Source: Macrostomum lignano
Taxonomy: Eukaryota
Length of the DNA stretch: 64,000 nt
Assembly: GCA_002269645.1 (NCBI GenBank)
Contig: NIVC01002209.1
Location: 1-64,000 of the forward strand
Direction of reading: 5' to 3'
Shown: positions 1-17,380 of the stretch, one piece after another
Position numbering within the stretch: position 1 is the first letter of the stretch
Layout of the letters: every line of letters begins with the position of its first letter
The notes under the pieces: generated by a model
What the model was told of the DNA's origin: nothing
Database searches by the model: none
What the model saw: only the letters and a program-made list of their open reading frames with translations
Made by a program: the position numbers and the translations under genes

Positions 1-4146
<4,146 letters not shown>

Positions 4147-4632
4147 GTCGGATGCCAAAGCAGAGAATAGTTAAGAAAGTACGAATATCAAAAAGAATAA
4201 ACTATACTTCAGTCGTCCTTGTGTCGGAGCTCACTCGGATTTCTCCAAGTGCACTCAGAGCGAACTCCTGTCCATTTTAATCCCTGCGCTGAAGGCTTTT
4301 GCTGCTGAGAGCCAATCAGCTTTGCCCGCTTCTCAACTTCATCCGTGGGCAGCTGCCCAGTGCTTTGCAGTAGTCAGTAGTATGTGTCGGAGCGAGATGC
4401 TAAAATCAGAAACTGCTGTGGTAAATGAAGCCGCCTGCAGCTGGCAGAGACGCTGCTTCTTAGAGTTGCTCCTGCAAGCTCCTGCAAGCAAGTCCGAGGA
4501 TTTCGAGTTAAAAAACCACGCTTGGCACAATCTGTAGCAGATTGCAGAAATAAATAAAAAGTTATTAAAGAATTTGGTGAAAATCACTCTGAAATCATGG
4601 TGCAGTGATACGCCAAGGAGTCAGTCAGGCGT

Positions 4633-4861
4633 GGGTGTGTATAAAAGCTGGACACGTATTGGACACATTAGACACCCCTTATTTTAACATTAAATAATAC
4701 TTTGTCTTAATTAATAAGTGTAAATGTTTTTTATTATTACAATTTTACATACCTATTTGGCAATCTTTGAATAAATCGTATCAACAAGTTTTTGAATTTC
4801 GAATTTTGTAAAAATAAGGTGTGTCCAATGTGTCCAATGAGTCCAGCTGTTATGCACACCC
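4633..4861. mobile_element. MITE with about 55-bp imperfect TIRs and 10-bp TSD (Mutator-like by TSD length)
   Basis: Left end GGGTGTGTATAAAAGCTGGACAC... matches the reverse complement of the right end ...GTCCAGCTGTTATGCACACCC. Flanked by AGTCAGGCGT at 4623-4632 and 4862-4871. Confidence 0.8.
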
Positions 4862-5649
4862 AGTCAGGCGTCAGGAAAGTGCCGTATGATGATACCATAC
4901 ATTTTTCGCTCATTTCTCATTCGTTAATAATGCTTAAATACGTTTTTACGCTCATAGATGCAGGTTATAAGACGTCTTGAAACCGTTTCTAAAATGGCGC
5001 TCACAAAATTTGGGCAAAATTTCCACAGGTGGTCTCTGGGGAGCCAAAACCGATTTTCAGGCTCTTGCTGAGACATAATTTTTCGATAAGTTTTGCAGCA
5101 ACAAACGGGCCTCAATTCGTGGTATCGAACTCTCGTGTGAGCACTTGGACTAAAGCTGCTCTCCAAGGTTTTATGATTTTTATGGTTTTACGTTTGTTTT
5201 AATGATAAAATGATATTAAAATGAAAACCTTTTAGCCTCGCAGCAGAGAATTTGGAGACTCAGAAGTCAAATCTCAGTTGAGACCGGCATTTGAGAATCT
5301 TACAGAGCGGATGCATTTTGCCGATGTACTTCAATATTTAATGACACCGCATGCGCACAGAGGCTGATTATAACAAATTTGCTCACAATTGCGCCAGGAA
5401 TGCCGTTGTGTAATTCAGGTCAGGGGCTCAGCATGCGGTCAGATGGCACCGTGCGAGCTATTACTGACCGTATGATAAACAGATGCAAAATATTGATAAT
5501 TGGGTTTTTACATGTAATTACAGCAAATTTAAGCAAAAATGTTGTGGTATAAAAGTACAGTAAGCAGCAAAACTCAATTTAATAAAGTCGTTCCCTGAAC
5601 TCCTGAACCAAATCTGCGGCTGGGACTGAGAGCTTTGAGTCTTGAGCTT

Positions 5650-5810
5650 TGAGCAGACTCTCAGCTCTCCATCAGCTGCACTGCTCAACGCCCAGTCCCC
5701 GCAGACTCTCAACTCTCCATCAGCTGCACTTCTCAACTCCCCAGTCCCCGCAGACTCTCAGCTCTCCATCAGCTGCACTGCTCAACGCCCAGTCCCCGCA
5801 GACTCTCGGC
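5650..5810. repeat. Three tandem copies of a 48-bp unit covering the stop-codon region of the perlecan-like gene
   Basis: gcagactctcagctctccatcagctgcactgctcaacgcccagtcccc x3. Confidence 0.8.
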
Positions 5811-8800
5811 CAAGAAGTTCACTGGCGCCGAGCTCTGCATCCGCAGACTCCACAGGCAGCCCCGGAAGTCGCTGAGTCGCCCAGCCGCAGTCGCCGACCT
5901 CGAAGCCGCCAGGGCGCCGCCGTCCGGCAGGCCGCCGACGAAGACACCGCCTCGACGTCGCGACGTCGCCTCCAGCGGCAGCGTCGCAGAGGCCGCGGTG
6001 GTGTCCTCGACGAGCATCTGCAGCTGAATGTCGGACTTTCGACGCCGAGCGACCAGTCGAAACCGACGTCCCAAGCCATCGTCGATTCTGGGCGACTCCG
6101 GCGATGATTCGAGCGACGTCAGCAGCTGCGCGGAGCCGACGGTGAAGCCGCAGTCCAGCCGCAGGAGACCGCGGCTGCTGACGCTGACGGCGATGAAGTC
6201 CTGACCGTCGGGCAGCTCGTCGGCGGGCTGGCCGTGCCACAGCACCAGGCTGGTGACGGAGACCTTCTGCAAGCGGAGCCGGAACTCGATGTGGAACTCC
6301 GGGCCCTGTAGGTAAGAGCCTGGCAGCTCGATGAAGCCGTCGCCATGGAAACGGGCCGAGTGGTGCAGCGCTGCGGCTGTGGGCGAATTCGGCGTTGGGG
6401 TTCAAGCATCCCGGATCCCACGAGTGGGGGACTTCCCTAATGGGTTCGTGTCTATGCATATCTGGGCGGTTGCTATGCTCGTCTCTCACCGATCTGGCAG
6501 TGCAGTCCCGAGAAGCCCAGCCTACACTGGCAGGTGTGCCGCTCACTGCTCAGGCCCCGGCACCTGCCGGCGTTCAGGCAGACGGTCCGGTCGCACGGAG
6601 TCGCCCGGTGCTCGCAGAAGCGGCCCGACCAGCCCGGGCGGCACTCGCAGACGGGGCCGCTGCCGAGGTCGCCGCAGCCGGAATTGCACAGCCCGGAGCT
6701 GCAGCCGAGCATCTGGCCACAATCCGCCACCCCCCGGTGCTCCACGGCGGCTTCGGCGAGCTCGACTCTCCTCGCCATCAGCTCGAGGTCGCGCAGGCAG
6801 CCCCGGAAGCCGCTCGCTGCGTCGATGACGTCACCAGCCGCCGCGATGACGTCACTGCTGACGCCTGCCAGGTACATGTGACCGGCAATCAGCGCTCGGC
6901 TGTGATTGGCTGTCAGGCTGAGCGTGACGGGCTGTGATTGGTTGAGTCTCAGACTGAGGCCCGTGAGGCTCCGGCGGAACTCCAGGTGGGTCCAGCCGCC
7001 GCCCGGCACGGCCTGCTCGGTTCGGAGCTGCACGAGGCGGCCCGCGATTCGCACCCGGGCCTGTTGAGCATAGGGTGAAGAGGATTTGACTGCTTTCATC
7101 GGGATTCAGCTGTAATTATTTCGGTTAGGCGCGCAGTCATGCTCATGCCGCTGACTTCTGAGCATGCAAGCGCTCATCCCGCTGAGCACTGGCGCTGAGC
7201 TATCCGCCACCGATTCTTACCTGCAGCAGCCCGTCCCGCAGCGTCAGGCTCTGGAAGTCGCCGCCGCTGCCTACGAGGTCGCCGGAGAAAAGCAGCAAGC
7301 CGGAGCTGCCGTTCTCGTCGGGTCGCACAGACAGAGCCACCAGGCTGCCCGACTGCTCAGGACGGCTGGCCACGGCCAGGTAGGAAGAGGAGGCTGGACC
7401 ACTTCCGGGAAAGTAGGGCACCTGGATGGGCTGGCCTTGAAATGATCGTTTGCGGAGTGAGAGCGCTGGATTTGCGGATGCGGATGCGGATGTCAATGTG
7501 GATGCGGATGTGGATGCGGAAGTGGATGCGGATGCGGATGTCAATGTGGATGCGGATGTGGATGCGGATGTCAATGTGGATGCGGATGTGGATGTGGATG
7601 CGGATGCGGATGCGGATGCGGATGCGGATGCGGATGCGGATGTGGATGCGGATGCGGATGTGGATGTGGATGCAGATGCGGATGCGGATGCGGATGTGGA
7701 TGCGGATAAGGATGCGGATGTAGTATGAATTGCGAACTAAATTGAGAATTAATAATGAGCATTGAATAAGTGTGCTCAATCATTTGGACATTGTATTGCA
7801 GCCTCAAGTCCCCCAGTCTCCACCCCAGCTCACCCGACTCGCAGCGATCTCCGCTCAGCCCCAGTCCGCAGTCGCAGCGAATTCCGTCGGCGACCTCCCG
7901 GCAGCGTCCATGGCTGCCGCAGGAGGTGGGCGCGCACCGCTCGCGCCGTCTCTCGCAGCGCCGACCTGCAAATCGATTTGGTAGGCGTGGGAATCCCTGG
8001 AGGCCAACAAAGACTCCATTGGAGATACCTCAAGCCAAAACAACTGACCAGCGAAGTCGCCAGGACACAGGCACCGAAATCCGGTCGGTTCGTGATCTGG
8101 TCGGCAAGAGCCGCCGTTCTCGCATGGTCCGTTTTCGGTTGCACTTCCGGTTGCACTTTCGGTTCCACTTCCGGTTCCGGGTCCGCAGACGTCGGCCTGC
8201 CGCACTGGGCCGCCGACTCCCTCGGGTCGGCAGCGGCATTGTCCCCGACAAGAATGGGCCGGCCGGAGACCGCCAGCCGGCTGATGTCGCCGTTCAGGCA
8301 GGCGGTGCCGGCCGCTCCCAGCTGGGCGGGCAGCCGGTCGAGCAGCTCGGGCGGTGCGCAGCCCAGGTAGAAAACCGGCGGCAAGCCGAGGCCCTGGCGA
8401 TCACCCGGAGTGGACTTCTCCACCGCCCGGCTGTCGTTGGCGCCTTCAGCAGACGGCTCCGCCACAGAGACGGTCAGGCGGCCCGTGCGGCCGGACCGGG
8501 ACAGGCCGGCCACCGTCCAGACGCCCGGCCGCAACCGCTGGCGACTACGCAGCAGCACGGAGCCGGAGCCCAGGTTGAACCGGTACATCAGGTACCAGTC
8601 CACCAGGCTGAGGCTCAGGAAGTCCTTACCGGGTGCGGCCGTGCCGCTGTACAGGATGAGGCCTGGAGCGGGGAAGGCGGGAGTGAAATTGCACTGCTCA
8701 GTAGGGGATCTGTCAGTAGGGGATCTGTCAGTAAGGATCTGTCAGTAGGGGATCTGCCAGTAGGGGATCTGTCAGTAGGGGATCAGTCAGTAGGGGATCT

Positions 8801-11800
8801 GTCAGTAGGGGATCTGTCAGTAGGGGATCTGTCAGTAGGGGATCTGTCAGTAGGGGATCTGTCAGTAGGGGATCTGTCAGTAGGGGATCAGTCAGTAGGG
8901 GATCTGTCAGTAGGGGATCTGTCAGTAGGGGATCTGTCAGTAGGGGATCAGTCAGTAGGGGATCTGTCAGTAGTGGATCTGTCAGAAATTATGAGAAATT
9001 ACTTAGATTTTTTTCAAACAAAGTTGTTTACTTCTTCGTTGCCTCCCCAATAGGGAGCTAAGATGGCTGGTCCTATATACTAAAAATGAGTCGTCTGTAT
9101 GTCTAAAATTCACCGAAAACCGGCATAACAGTCCTGAATAAACTTCAGTGCTTTAATTGCAGCAATCCTGTTGAAGTATCATAAATATAAGTTATGAATC
9201 AATACTCAAATCCGCTTGGTTATAGGGCTATTTTCTGAAGATGCAACCTCCAGTGAACGTTGCCGGTGCACCAACTATACCACTGTGTAATTTAAATTTC
9301 TAATAGGGCCACACATGCTTTGTCAGCCGATTGAGGGGAGTGGGCAGCTATCACAATCTTTATTTTACTTTAAAGTTACAGTACAAAAACGTATTTCATC
9401 TTACTCAAAAAATTATTAAATTATTTTCAATGCATGCAAAAATACTTTCGTCGTTTGGACCGCAATTAAAAGAATGGATATAACCCTGAAACAAACCCCG
9501 CATGAAAGCCAGGAAATCCCCATGCTTCGAACTCACGGGATTAAAATCCCGAGATCCCGGAATTGGAATACCTACCTCTATACGAATCGCAATTTTACAG
9601 CCATGAATAGAATTATGATATGGCACACACACAAACACACATGGAATAGGTATCAGTACATCGAGTCAGTAAGACTTATATCATCCATTTTAACCTTCCA
9701 CTGCACTCTCTCTCTCTCTTCTTCCTTCCTGCCTTCCTCACCCCTCGTGGCAGTGATGAAGACAGAGGCGCCCATGGGGGCCTTGGCAACTGAAAGCTAT
9801 CCTGCAGGGGCAGGCTTTGACAAGTGTGTTTTCCCTTACAATACAATGCTGCAACAGCATTTTAAACCGTTCCCCACCCCCCACTGATGAAATCGAATAC
9901 CAACCCATATCTTTTGTGCGGCTGGCAGCGAGGCGAATCTTACTGTAAACTAAAACTTGAAATTGCTTTATGGCATGACATGGGATGTGGATTGATTATG
10001 CAGTCCCAGTGCAATCGTACCCCTCACAGAACCTGTCTGTCAGTGTATGTACTTTCCCATTTTATAGCATAGCAACTTTCTGCGCTACCTAAATGGTCAC
10101 TGTGATGCTTTAACGGTCACTGAGATGCCTAAATGGTCACTGTAGTGCTTAAATGGTCACTGTAGTGCTTAAATGGTCACTGTGCTTCTTAAATGGTCAC
10201 TGTGCTGCTTAAATGGTCACTGTGCTGCTTAATTGGTCACTATGATGCTTAAATGGTCACTGTGCTTCTTAAATGGTCACTGTGATGCTTAAATGGTCAC
10301 TGTGATGCTTAAATGGTCACTGTGATGCTTAAATGGTCACTGTGATGCTTAAATGGTCACTGTGATGCTTAAATGGTCACTGTGATGCTTAAATGGTCAC
10401 TTAGCAAAAAGCTGTCAAGCACAAACTCACCCAGTCCCGATCTGGCTCGAAACGCAATCTCAATATCGTGCTTAAAATACGGCAGGCTGATATGGCGCAG
10501 GCGGATGTAGGCTTGCGGAGGCTGGGCCCGCTGGTTCGGCTGGCGAGATGGCGGCTGATTATGAAATGATGGGATCAACCGCTGCACCTGGAAAGCGTTG
10601 TGAAATTGAGTTTATATTAGATTAACACTGGATTAGTGAGGCTATTGGATTAGTGAGACTATTGGATTAGTGAGGCTACTGGATTAGTGAGGCTACTGGA
10701 TTAGTGAGGCTACTGGATTAGTGAGGCTACTGGATTAGTGAGGCTACTGGATTAGTGAGGCTACTGGATTAGTGATGCTACTTGATTAGTGAGGCTACTG
10801 GATTAGTGATGCTAATGGATTAGTGAGGATACTGGATTAGTGAGGCTACTGGATTAGTGAGGCTACTGGATTAGTGAGGCTACTGGATTAGTGATGCTAC
10901 TTTATTAGTGAGGCTACTGGATTAGTGAGGCTAATGGATTAGTTATGCTACTGGATTAGTGATGCTAATGGATTAGTGATGCTAATGGATTAGTGATGCT
11001 AATGGATTAGTGATGCTAATGGATTAGTGATGCTACTGGATTAGGGACGCTACTGGATTAGTGAGGCTACTGGATAAGTGATGCTACTGGATTAGTGAGG
11101 CTACTGGATTAGTGAGGCTACTGGATGAGTGAGGCTACTGGATTAGTGATGCTACTCGATTAGTGAGGCTACTGGATTAGTGAGGCTACTGGATTAGTGA
11201 TGCTAATGGATTAGTGATGCTACTGGATTATTGCGGCTATTGGATTAGAGAGGCTAATGAATTAGTGAGGCTACTGGATTAGAGAGGCTAATGAATTAGT
11301 GAGGCTACTGGATTAGTGAGGCTAATGGATTAGTTATGCTACTGGATTAGTGATGCTAATGGATTAGTGATGCTAATGGATTAGTGATGCTAATGGATTA
11401 GTGATGCTAATGGATTAGTGATGCTACTGGATTAGTGAGACTATTGGATTAGTGATGCTAATGGATTAGTGATGCTACTGGATTAGTGAGGCTACTGGAT
11501 GAGTGAGGCTACTGGATTAGTGATGCTACTCGATTAGTGAGGCTACTGGATTAGTGAGGCTACTGGATTAGTGATGCTAATGGATTAATGAGGCTACTTC
11601 AAGGATTAGTGAGGCTACTACATAGATGAGTAAAACCACTAGATTAGTGAATCTCTATATTGATTATTTAATTTATGCATTAATAGGATTACCAGATAGA
11701 TCAGTATAACTGTATAAACTATATACAGTTAGGGCTACTGGCGGATACAAGTTTAGGCTAAATTGATTGAAGAAACTACTCTACTATAATACTAATCTAC

Positions 11801-14800
11801 AGGATCAGTATCTGTGTTGCATTAATAAAAGTTAGTCAGAGAGACCGCCATGAAACAGAATACTGTACTGAAGGAAATGCTACCAGCGCAGTTTAATCTG
11901 TGCCAGTCAGAAACCACCCACAGGCAAACTAAACAGACCGCGGAACTCTGATGCCCTTTTGTGTGGTTCAACTGATGGCTACTGCATGCGCAAGGGAACG
12001 CGGGAAATGGTTGCAACACGCGCGAAGATAAAGGGAAAAAGGCGAGGCAGGCGGATGGAGATAGATTGGGGATGAAATGGGAGCTGCTAAGGGAGGAACC
12101 AGAGTTGAAAGGGATCAATTCCCCTAAAGCCAGTTGTTAGCCTAATGTTTATGATCCCAATGTCATGGCTGCTTTGCCAAAGCAGTTCCAAAAAAGAGGA
12201 AAAGAGTAAAACTTGCGATTTTATTCTTGGGAAAACCTTTCAAGCGCTGCATCAGCATTTCCGTGACGGAAAAGCAGGGAAAGGAGGCCATGTTCGTGAC
12301 AAGCCCAACGTCAAGCATCCCCAACCCCCAACCCCCTGGAAACCACGGGATCCAGACAGACAGCTTCACACTGGACTAGCAATTTATTTTTATACTGTTC
12401 TTCAGCGCCTCAGTCGGATATAAAATGGCTTTTAAAAATTAAAAAAATAAATTTGTTAAATTTGTTTGTTTGACCGCATGAGTCACTGTCACGTGCGGCG
12501 CGCTTTTTCAGAGAAAATCTGTTTAGATAGAATAGGATTTCTAAGAAATCACTCCTACTACTTAGAATCGAATTTTAAAATAAAACTCCTATTAAAAATC
12601 CATTTTCTAATAAATCACCATTCGGGAGAATTGAATTTCCTAGAAAGCCGCCCTACTGAAAATCATATTTCTACAAAAATCGTCCGAGTCAGAATCTATT
12701 TTCTAAGAAATCGACTTTTTAAGAATCAGGTTTCTATGAATTCACCCTATTGAGATCAGATTTCTAGGAAATCTCAATATTAAGATAGGATTTCTATGAA
12801 ATCGCCCAATTGATAATCGGGTATCAAAGAAATCGCTCTATTAAGAACAAGGTTTCTAAGAAATCACTTTTATTAAGATTGGTTTTCTAGGAAATCAACG
12901 TATTCAAATCGTATTTCTAGGAAATCGCTCTATTGAGATCGGATTTCTGGGCAACACGCTATTGAGATCGGATTTCTAAGAAATCGCCTATTGAAAATCG
13001 AATTTCTAAGAACATGAAGTTCGAAGACATTTAGAAATTCCATTTAGAATCCACTCTAAATAGAATTCTGAGAATCCCTTGCCACCCCGAGGTCCGCAGG
13101 CCGCGCACCTGCAGGTCGTACAGCAGGGTGATTCTCTCTCCGCTGTGCAGAGCTGCCTCGCACAGGTAGGCACCGGAGTCCGAGCTGCGAAGCCGGAGCA
13201 GTTTGAGGGAGTTGTTGGCCAACAAGATGTGACGATCTCTGCGAGTTGTGGCGAGGGTAGAGAGGTGAGAGATGTCAGGTTATGAGATGTCAGGTTGAGA
13301 GATGTCAGGTTGAGAGATGTCAGGTTATGAGATGTCAGGTTGAGAGATGTCAGGGAGAGAGATGTCAGGTTGATAGATGTCAGGTTGAGAGATGTCAGGT
13401 TATGAGATGTCAGGTTGAGAGATGTCAGGGAGAGAGATGTCAGGTTGAGAGATGTCAGGTTGAGAGATGTCAGGTTGAGAGATGTCAGGTTGAGAGATGT
13501 CAGGGAGACAGATGTCAGGGAGACAGATGTCAGGGAGACAGATATCAGAACAGGCAGAAACCAATGACCATCAAGAACTATTCCAACAAATCCAGGTCAA
13601 GGCTGTCTGTCCCACAGCCACTCACTGCGGCAGCTCTCCGCTTTCGTGACTCCACACTGCCACAGCCAGAGGAGCGGCGGCGCCATGCGGTGGCGCGCAA
13701 TCCAGAGTGGCGCCAAGGCCAGCTGGCGCCGCCGCGGTCAGCCTGATGATGCGCCTCGGCAGCTCCGCGCGCTCTGGAAGGTGAGCGAATGATGGGGGAG
13801 AGTGACCCAATATGGTGGGAGAGAGTGACCCAATATGGTGGGGAGCGTGACCAAATATGGTGGGAGAGAGTGACCCAATATGGTCGGGGAGAGTGACCCA
13901 ATATGGTGGGGGAGAGTGACCCAATGTTTAGGGAGTGTAACCCAATGATTAGGGAGAGTGACCCAATAATCTCACTAACCTTTGACAACAACTCTAACGG
14001 AAGCCACAATGCTGCCAAGCACATTTGTGGCAGTGCAGCTGTAGAGACCGGAGTCTGCAACCGCTAGTCGCGGCAGAACAAGCACAGTTTGAGCCGATTC
14101 TGTCCGACTTTTGTCCGGTAGCGGGCGGAGAGCCTCGGTGGCGGGATCTTGAAGTTGCCAGGTCACTCGGGGTCGAGGGACCGAGTCTGCAAGAGATGGC
14201 AGCGAGTTCTCTTGTCTAACAGGTGATTTCTCATATCTAACATGTGAGTTCTCATGTCTAACAGGTGATTTCTCATGTCTAACAGGTGATTTCTCATGTC
14301 TAACAGGTGATTTCTCATGTCTAACAGGTGATTTCTCATGTCTAACAGGTTATTTCTCATGTCTAACAGATGATTTCTCATGTCTAACAGGTGATTTCTC
14401 ATGTCTAACAGGTTATTTCTCATGTCTAACAGATGATTTATCATGTCTAACAGGTGATTTCTCATGTCTAACAGATGATTTCTCATGTCTAACAGGTGAT
14501 TTCTCATGTCTAACAGGTGATTTCTCATGTCTAACAAGTGACTTCTCACTCTAACAGGGATTGGGATTTCTCACGACTTACAGCTGATTTCTCATGCCTA
14601 ACAGGTGACACTGCTGTCTAACACACAGGTGACACTGCTGTCTAACACACAGGTGACACTGCTGTCTAACACACAGGTGACACTGCTGTCTAACACACAG
14701 GTGACACTGCTGTCTAACACACAGGTGACACTGCTGTCTAACACACAGGTGACACTGCTGTCTAACACACAGGTGACACTGCTGTCTAACACACAGGTGA

Positions 14801-15030
14801 CACTGCTGTCTAACACACAGGTGACACTGCTGTCTCAAGCCAATCAACAGGAACTCACGTCCCAGCTGACACGTGAGTCGTGCTGTATCCCCAACATCGT
14901 AGGTTGCCGCGGGCACCCGGCTTAACCGATGCGTCATGGGCGATGGCAATGCAGCAGAGGACGCCACTATGAGCACGGTCGTAGCCGACAGTATGAGCTG
15001 ACAGACAAGCCAAATTATTGATAAATGCAT
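5769..15030 (-). CDS. Secreted perlecan-like protein: signal peptide, 2 Ig, LamG-EGF-EGF-LamG-EGF-EGF-LamG (10 exons)
   Basis: Phase-compatible exons 15030-14859 ([26 protein letters not shown] signal peptide), 14186-13980, 13773-13626, 13238-13109, 10587-10431, 8662-8049, 7965-7834, 7435-7221, 7060-6490 and 6376-5769 (stop). Ig motifs TCQL..VTW..DSGLYSC and LDC..W..DSGAYLC. LamG motifs [15 protein letters not shown] and FRGCL. EGF motifs [19 protein letters not shown] and [19 protein letters not shown]. One 1-nt frameshift near 8199. No TM segment. Confidence 0.85.
7465..7722. repeat. (GGATGC/GGATGT)n hexamer microsatellite, intronic
   Basis: Direct reading; it generates the PH, ADAD and MRMR junk ORFs. 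Confidence 0.95.
8698..8985. repeat. 15-bp minisatellite (GTAGGGGATCTGTCA)n, intronic
   Basis: Direct reading. Confidence 0.95.
10085..10400. repeat. 20-bp minisatellite (AAATGGTCACTGTGATGCTT)n, intronic
   Basis: Direct reading. Confidence 0.95.
10628..11620. repeat. 17-bp minisatellite (GGATTAGTGAGGCTACT)n, intronic
   Basis: Direct reading. Confidence 0.95.
12520..13075. repeat. Degenerate AT-rich repeat of about 30 bp (ATTTCTAGGAAATCGC..TATTGAGATCGG-like)
   Basis: Recurrent tttctaggaaat/tttctaagaaat palindromic cores. Confidence 0.7.
13262..13545. repeat. 15-bp minisatellite (GAGAGATGTCAGGTT)n, intronic
   Basis: Direct reading. Confidence 0.95.
13793..13970. repeat. Minisatellite of about 21-23 bp (GGGAGAGTGACCCAATATGGT-like), intronic
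   Basis: Direct reading. Confidence 0.85.
14215..14835. repeat. Adjacent 21-bp (GTCTAACAGGTGATTTCTCAT)n and 24-bp (CTGCTGTCTAACACACAGGTGACA)n minisatellites in intron 1
   Basis: Direct reading; the two units share GTCTAAC and CAGGTGA cores. Confidence 0.95.
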
Positions 15031-15849
15031 TTCGCGGATTATTTTTCACAAAACAGTCACTCGCTTCTCTTTTGCTTGAATCCTTCTTTGGGTGGATCTT
15101 TTATAAATGAAGATTTTGCCAGATTCTGGTTGGCTGAAATTTCCCTCTAATCCTGGGGCTGTTGCCAAGGCTTATAAACACGGCTTCAGAGGTAGGGTGA
15201 GGGGTGAGAGAGTTTTCTCAGATTCAGACTTCGCCGCGGGGGGTTGGTGGGTTGGGCGGGTCAGAGAGTCAGGGGGAGGGACGACATTTTGTTGGGTCCC
15301 AGCAGGGTGTTGTGGCGGACACGTGTGACGAAAATTTACTTCTTCTAGCGGTCCATCAGCTGCCCCGCGGCAACGGTGAGGGGACTAAAATCCTCTATAT
15401 AAGAATTCTTTATATGCCAGAAGCCCCACGGGTTAGGAAGTCAGTTGGCTTTGAAATCAAGGAACACCCGCGCGTCCGGTACAAGAGAAAAGAGAAAACT
15501 TCGGTAACACGTTTTTCTTTCAGTTAAAATGAAAGAGAGAGAAAGAGAACAAGCCATGTTTCTGGGAAACTCTACAAGGGGAAAATTGAGGCCCGTGTTC
15601 GTGGGAAAAATCGTCTTTTTCTGGAAGCAGATTTGAAGTCCAGATGGGGAACCCCGCTGGTGCTGTGTATGCAAAACAGCTGCTGTTTTTTGGAGGCCAC
15701 CCTTACAGACTTCGTTCAAAGAAAATTTCCAGGAAAAGTTTTCAGGCGGTCCGCTTGATACTGAAGTCCTGAAGTGAATATTATAGGCATGATGGGGATA
15801 GGATGGATTACTCTGGTCCTGAAGCTGCTGCTGAAGCTGCTGATGTCTC

Positions 15850-17380
15850 TCATGAAGAGTCTATCCTGGAGTGTCTGTACTGAAGTGTCTGTCCTGAAGT
15901 GTCTGTCCTGAAGTATCTGTCCTGAAGTATATGTCCTGAAGTATCTGTCCTGAAGTGTCCGTCCTGCAGTATCTGTCCTGCAGTATCTGTCCAGAAGTAT
16001 CTGTCCTGCAGTGTCTGTAATGAAGTGCGTGTCCTGAAGTATCTGTCCTGAACTGTCTGTTCTGAAGTTTCTGTCCTGAAGTATCTGTCCTGAACTGTCT
16101 GTCCTGAAGTATCTGTCCTGAACTGTCTGTCCTGAAGTTTCTGTCCTAAAGTATCTGTCCTGAACTGTCTGTCCTGAATTGTCTGTAATGAAGTGCGTGT
16201 CCTGAAGTTTCTGCCCTGAAGTGTCTGTCCTGAAGTGTCTGTACTGAAGTGTCTGTCCTGAATTGTCTGTAATAAAGTGTCTGTCCTGAAGAGTCTGTCC
16301 TGAAGTGTCTGTCCTGAATTGTCTGTAATAAAGTGTCTGTCCTGAAGTGTATGTCCTGAAGTGTCTGTCCTGAATTGTCTGTCCTGAATTGTCTGTAATA
16401 AAGTGTCTGTCCTGAAGTGTATATCCTGAATTGTCTGTCCTGAATTGTCTGTAATAAAGTCTCTGTCCTGAAGTCTCTGTCGTGAAGTGTCTGTCCTGAA
16501 GTGTCTGTCCTGAAGTGTCTGTCCTGAAGTATCTGTCCTGAAGTATCTGTCCTGAAGTATCTGTCCTGGAGTGTCTGGATTGAAGTGTCTGTCCTGAATT
16601 GTCTGTAATGAAGTGCGTGTCCTGAAGTTTCTGCCCTGAAGTGTCTGCCCTGAAGTGTATGTCCTGAATTGTCTGTAATAAAGTCTCTGTCCTGAAGTGT
16701 CTGTCCTGAAGTGTCTGTCCTGAATTGTCTGTAATAAAGTCTCTGTCCTGAAGTGTCTGTCCTGAAGTGTCTGTCCTGAATTGTCTGTAATAAAGTGTCT
16801 GTCCTGAAGTGTATGTCCTGAAGTGTCTGTCCTGAAGTATCTGTCCTGAAGTGTCTGTCCTGAAGTATCTGTCCTGAAGTGTCTGTCCTGAACTGTCTGT
16901 CCTGAAGTTTTTGTCCTGAAGTATCTGTCCTGAATTGCATTCCAGAAGTGTCTGTCCTGAAGTGTCTGTCCTGAAGTATCTGTCCTGAAGTATCTGTCCT
17001 GAAGTGTCTGTCCTGAAGTTTCTGCCCTGAAGTGTCTGTCCTGAAGTATCTGTCCTCAAGTGTCTGTCCTGAAGTGTCTGTCCTGAAGTTTTTGTCCTGA
17101 AGTATCTGTCCTGAATTGCCTGTCCAGAAGTGTCTGTCCTGAAGTGTCTGTCCTGAAGTATCTGTCCTGAAGTGTCTGTCCTGAATTGTCTGTAATGAAG
17201 TGCGTGTCTTGAAGTTTCTGCCCTGAAGTGTCTGTCCTGAAGTGTCTGTAATAAAGTGTCTGTCCTGAAGTGTCTGTCCTGAATTGTCTGTCCTGAAGTA
17301 TCTGTACTGAAGTGTCTGTAATGAAGTGCGTGTCCTGAAGTTTCTGTCCTGAAGTGTCTGTCCTGAAGTGTCTGTTCTGA
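15850..17380. repeat. 14-bp satellite (CTGTCCTGAAGTGT)n
   Basis: Direct reading; three units give the 14-aa RTDTSGQTLQDRHF pseudo-ORFs. Confidence 0.95.

Noticed and set aside
9520-9590. CGGGATT..AATCCCGAGATCCCGG resembling a DNA-transposon end
   Set aside because: Only one end is visible, with no partner TIR or TSD found.
8698-17380. CRISPR-like appearance of the short tandem repeats
   Set aside because: Units are head to tail with no unique spacers, no cas genes are present, and the context is eukaryotic introns.
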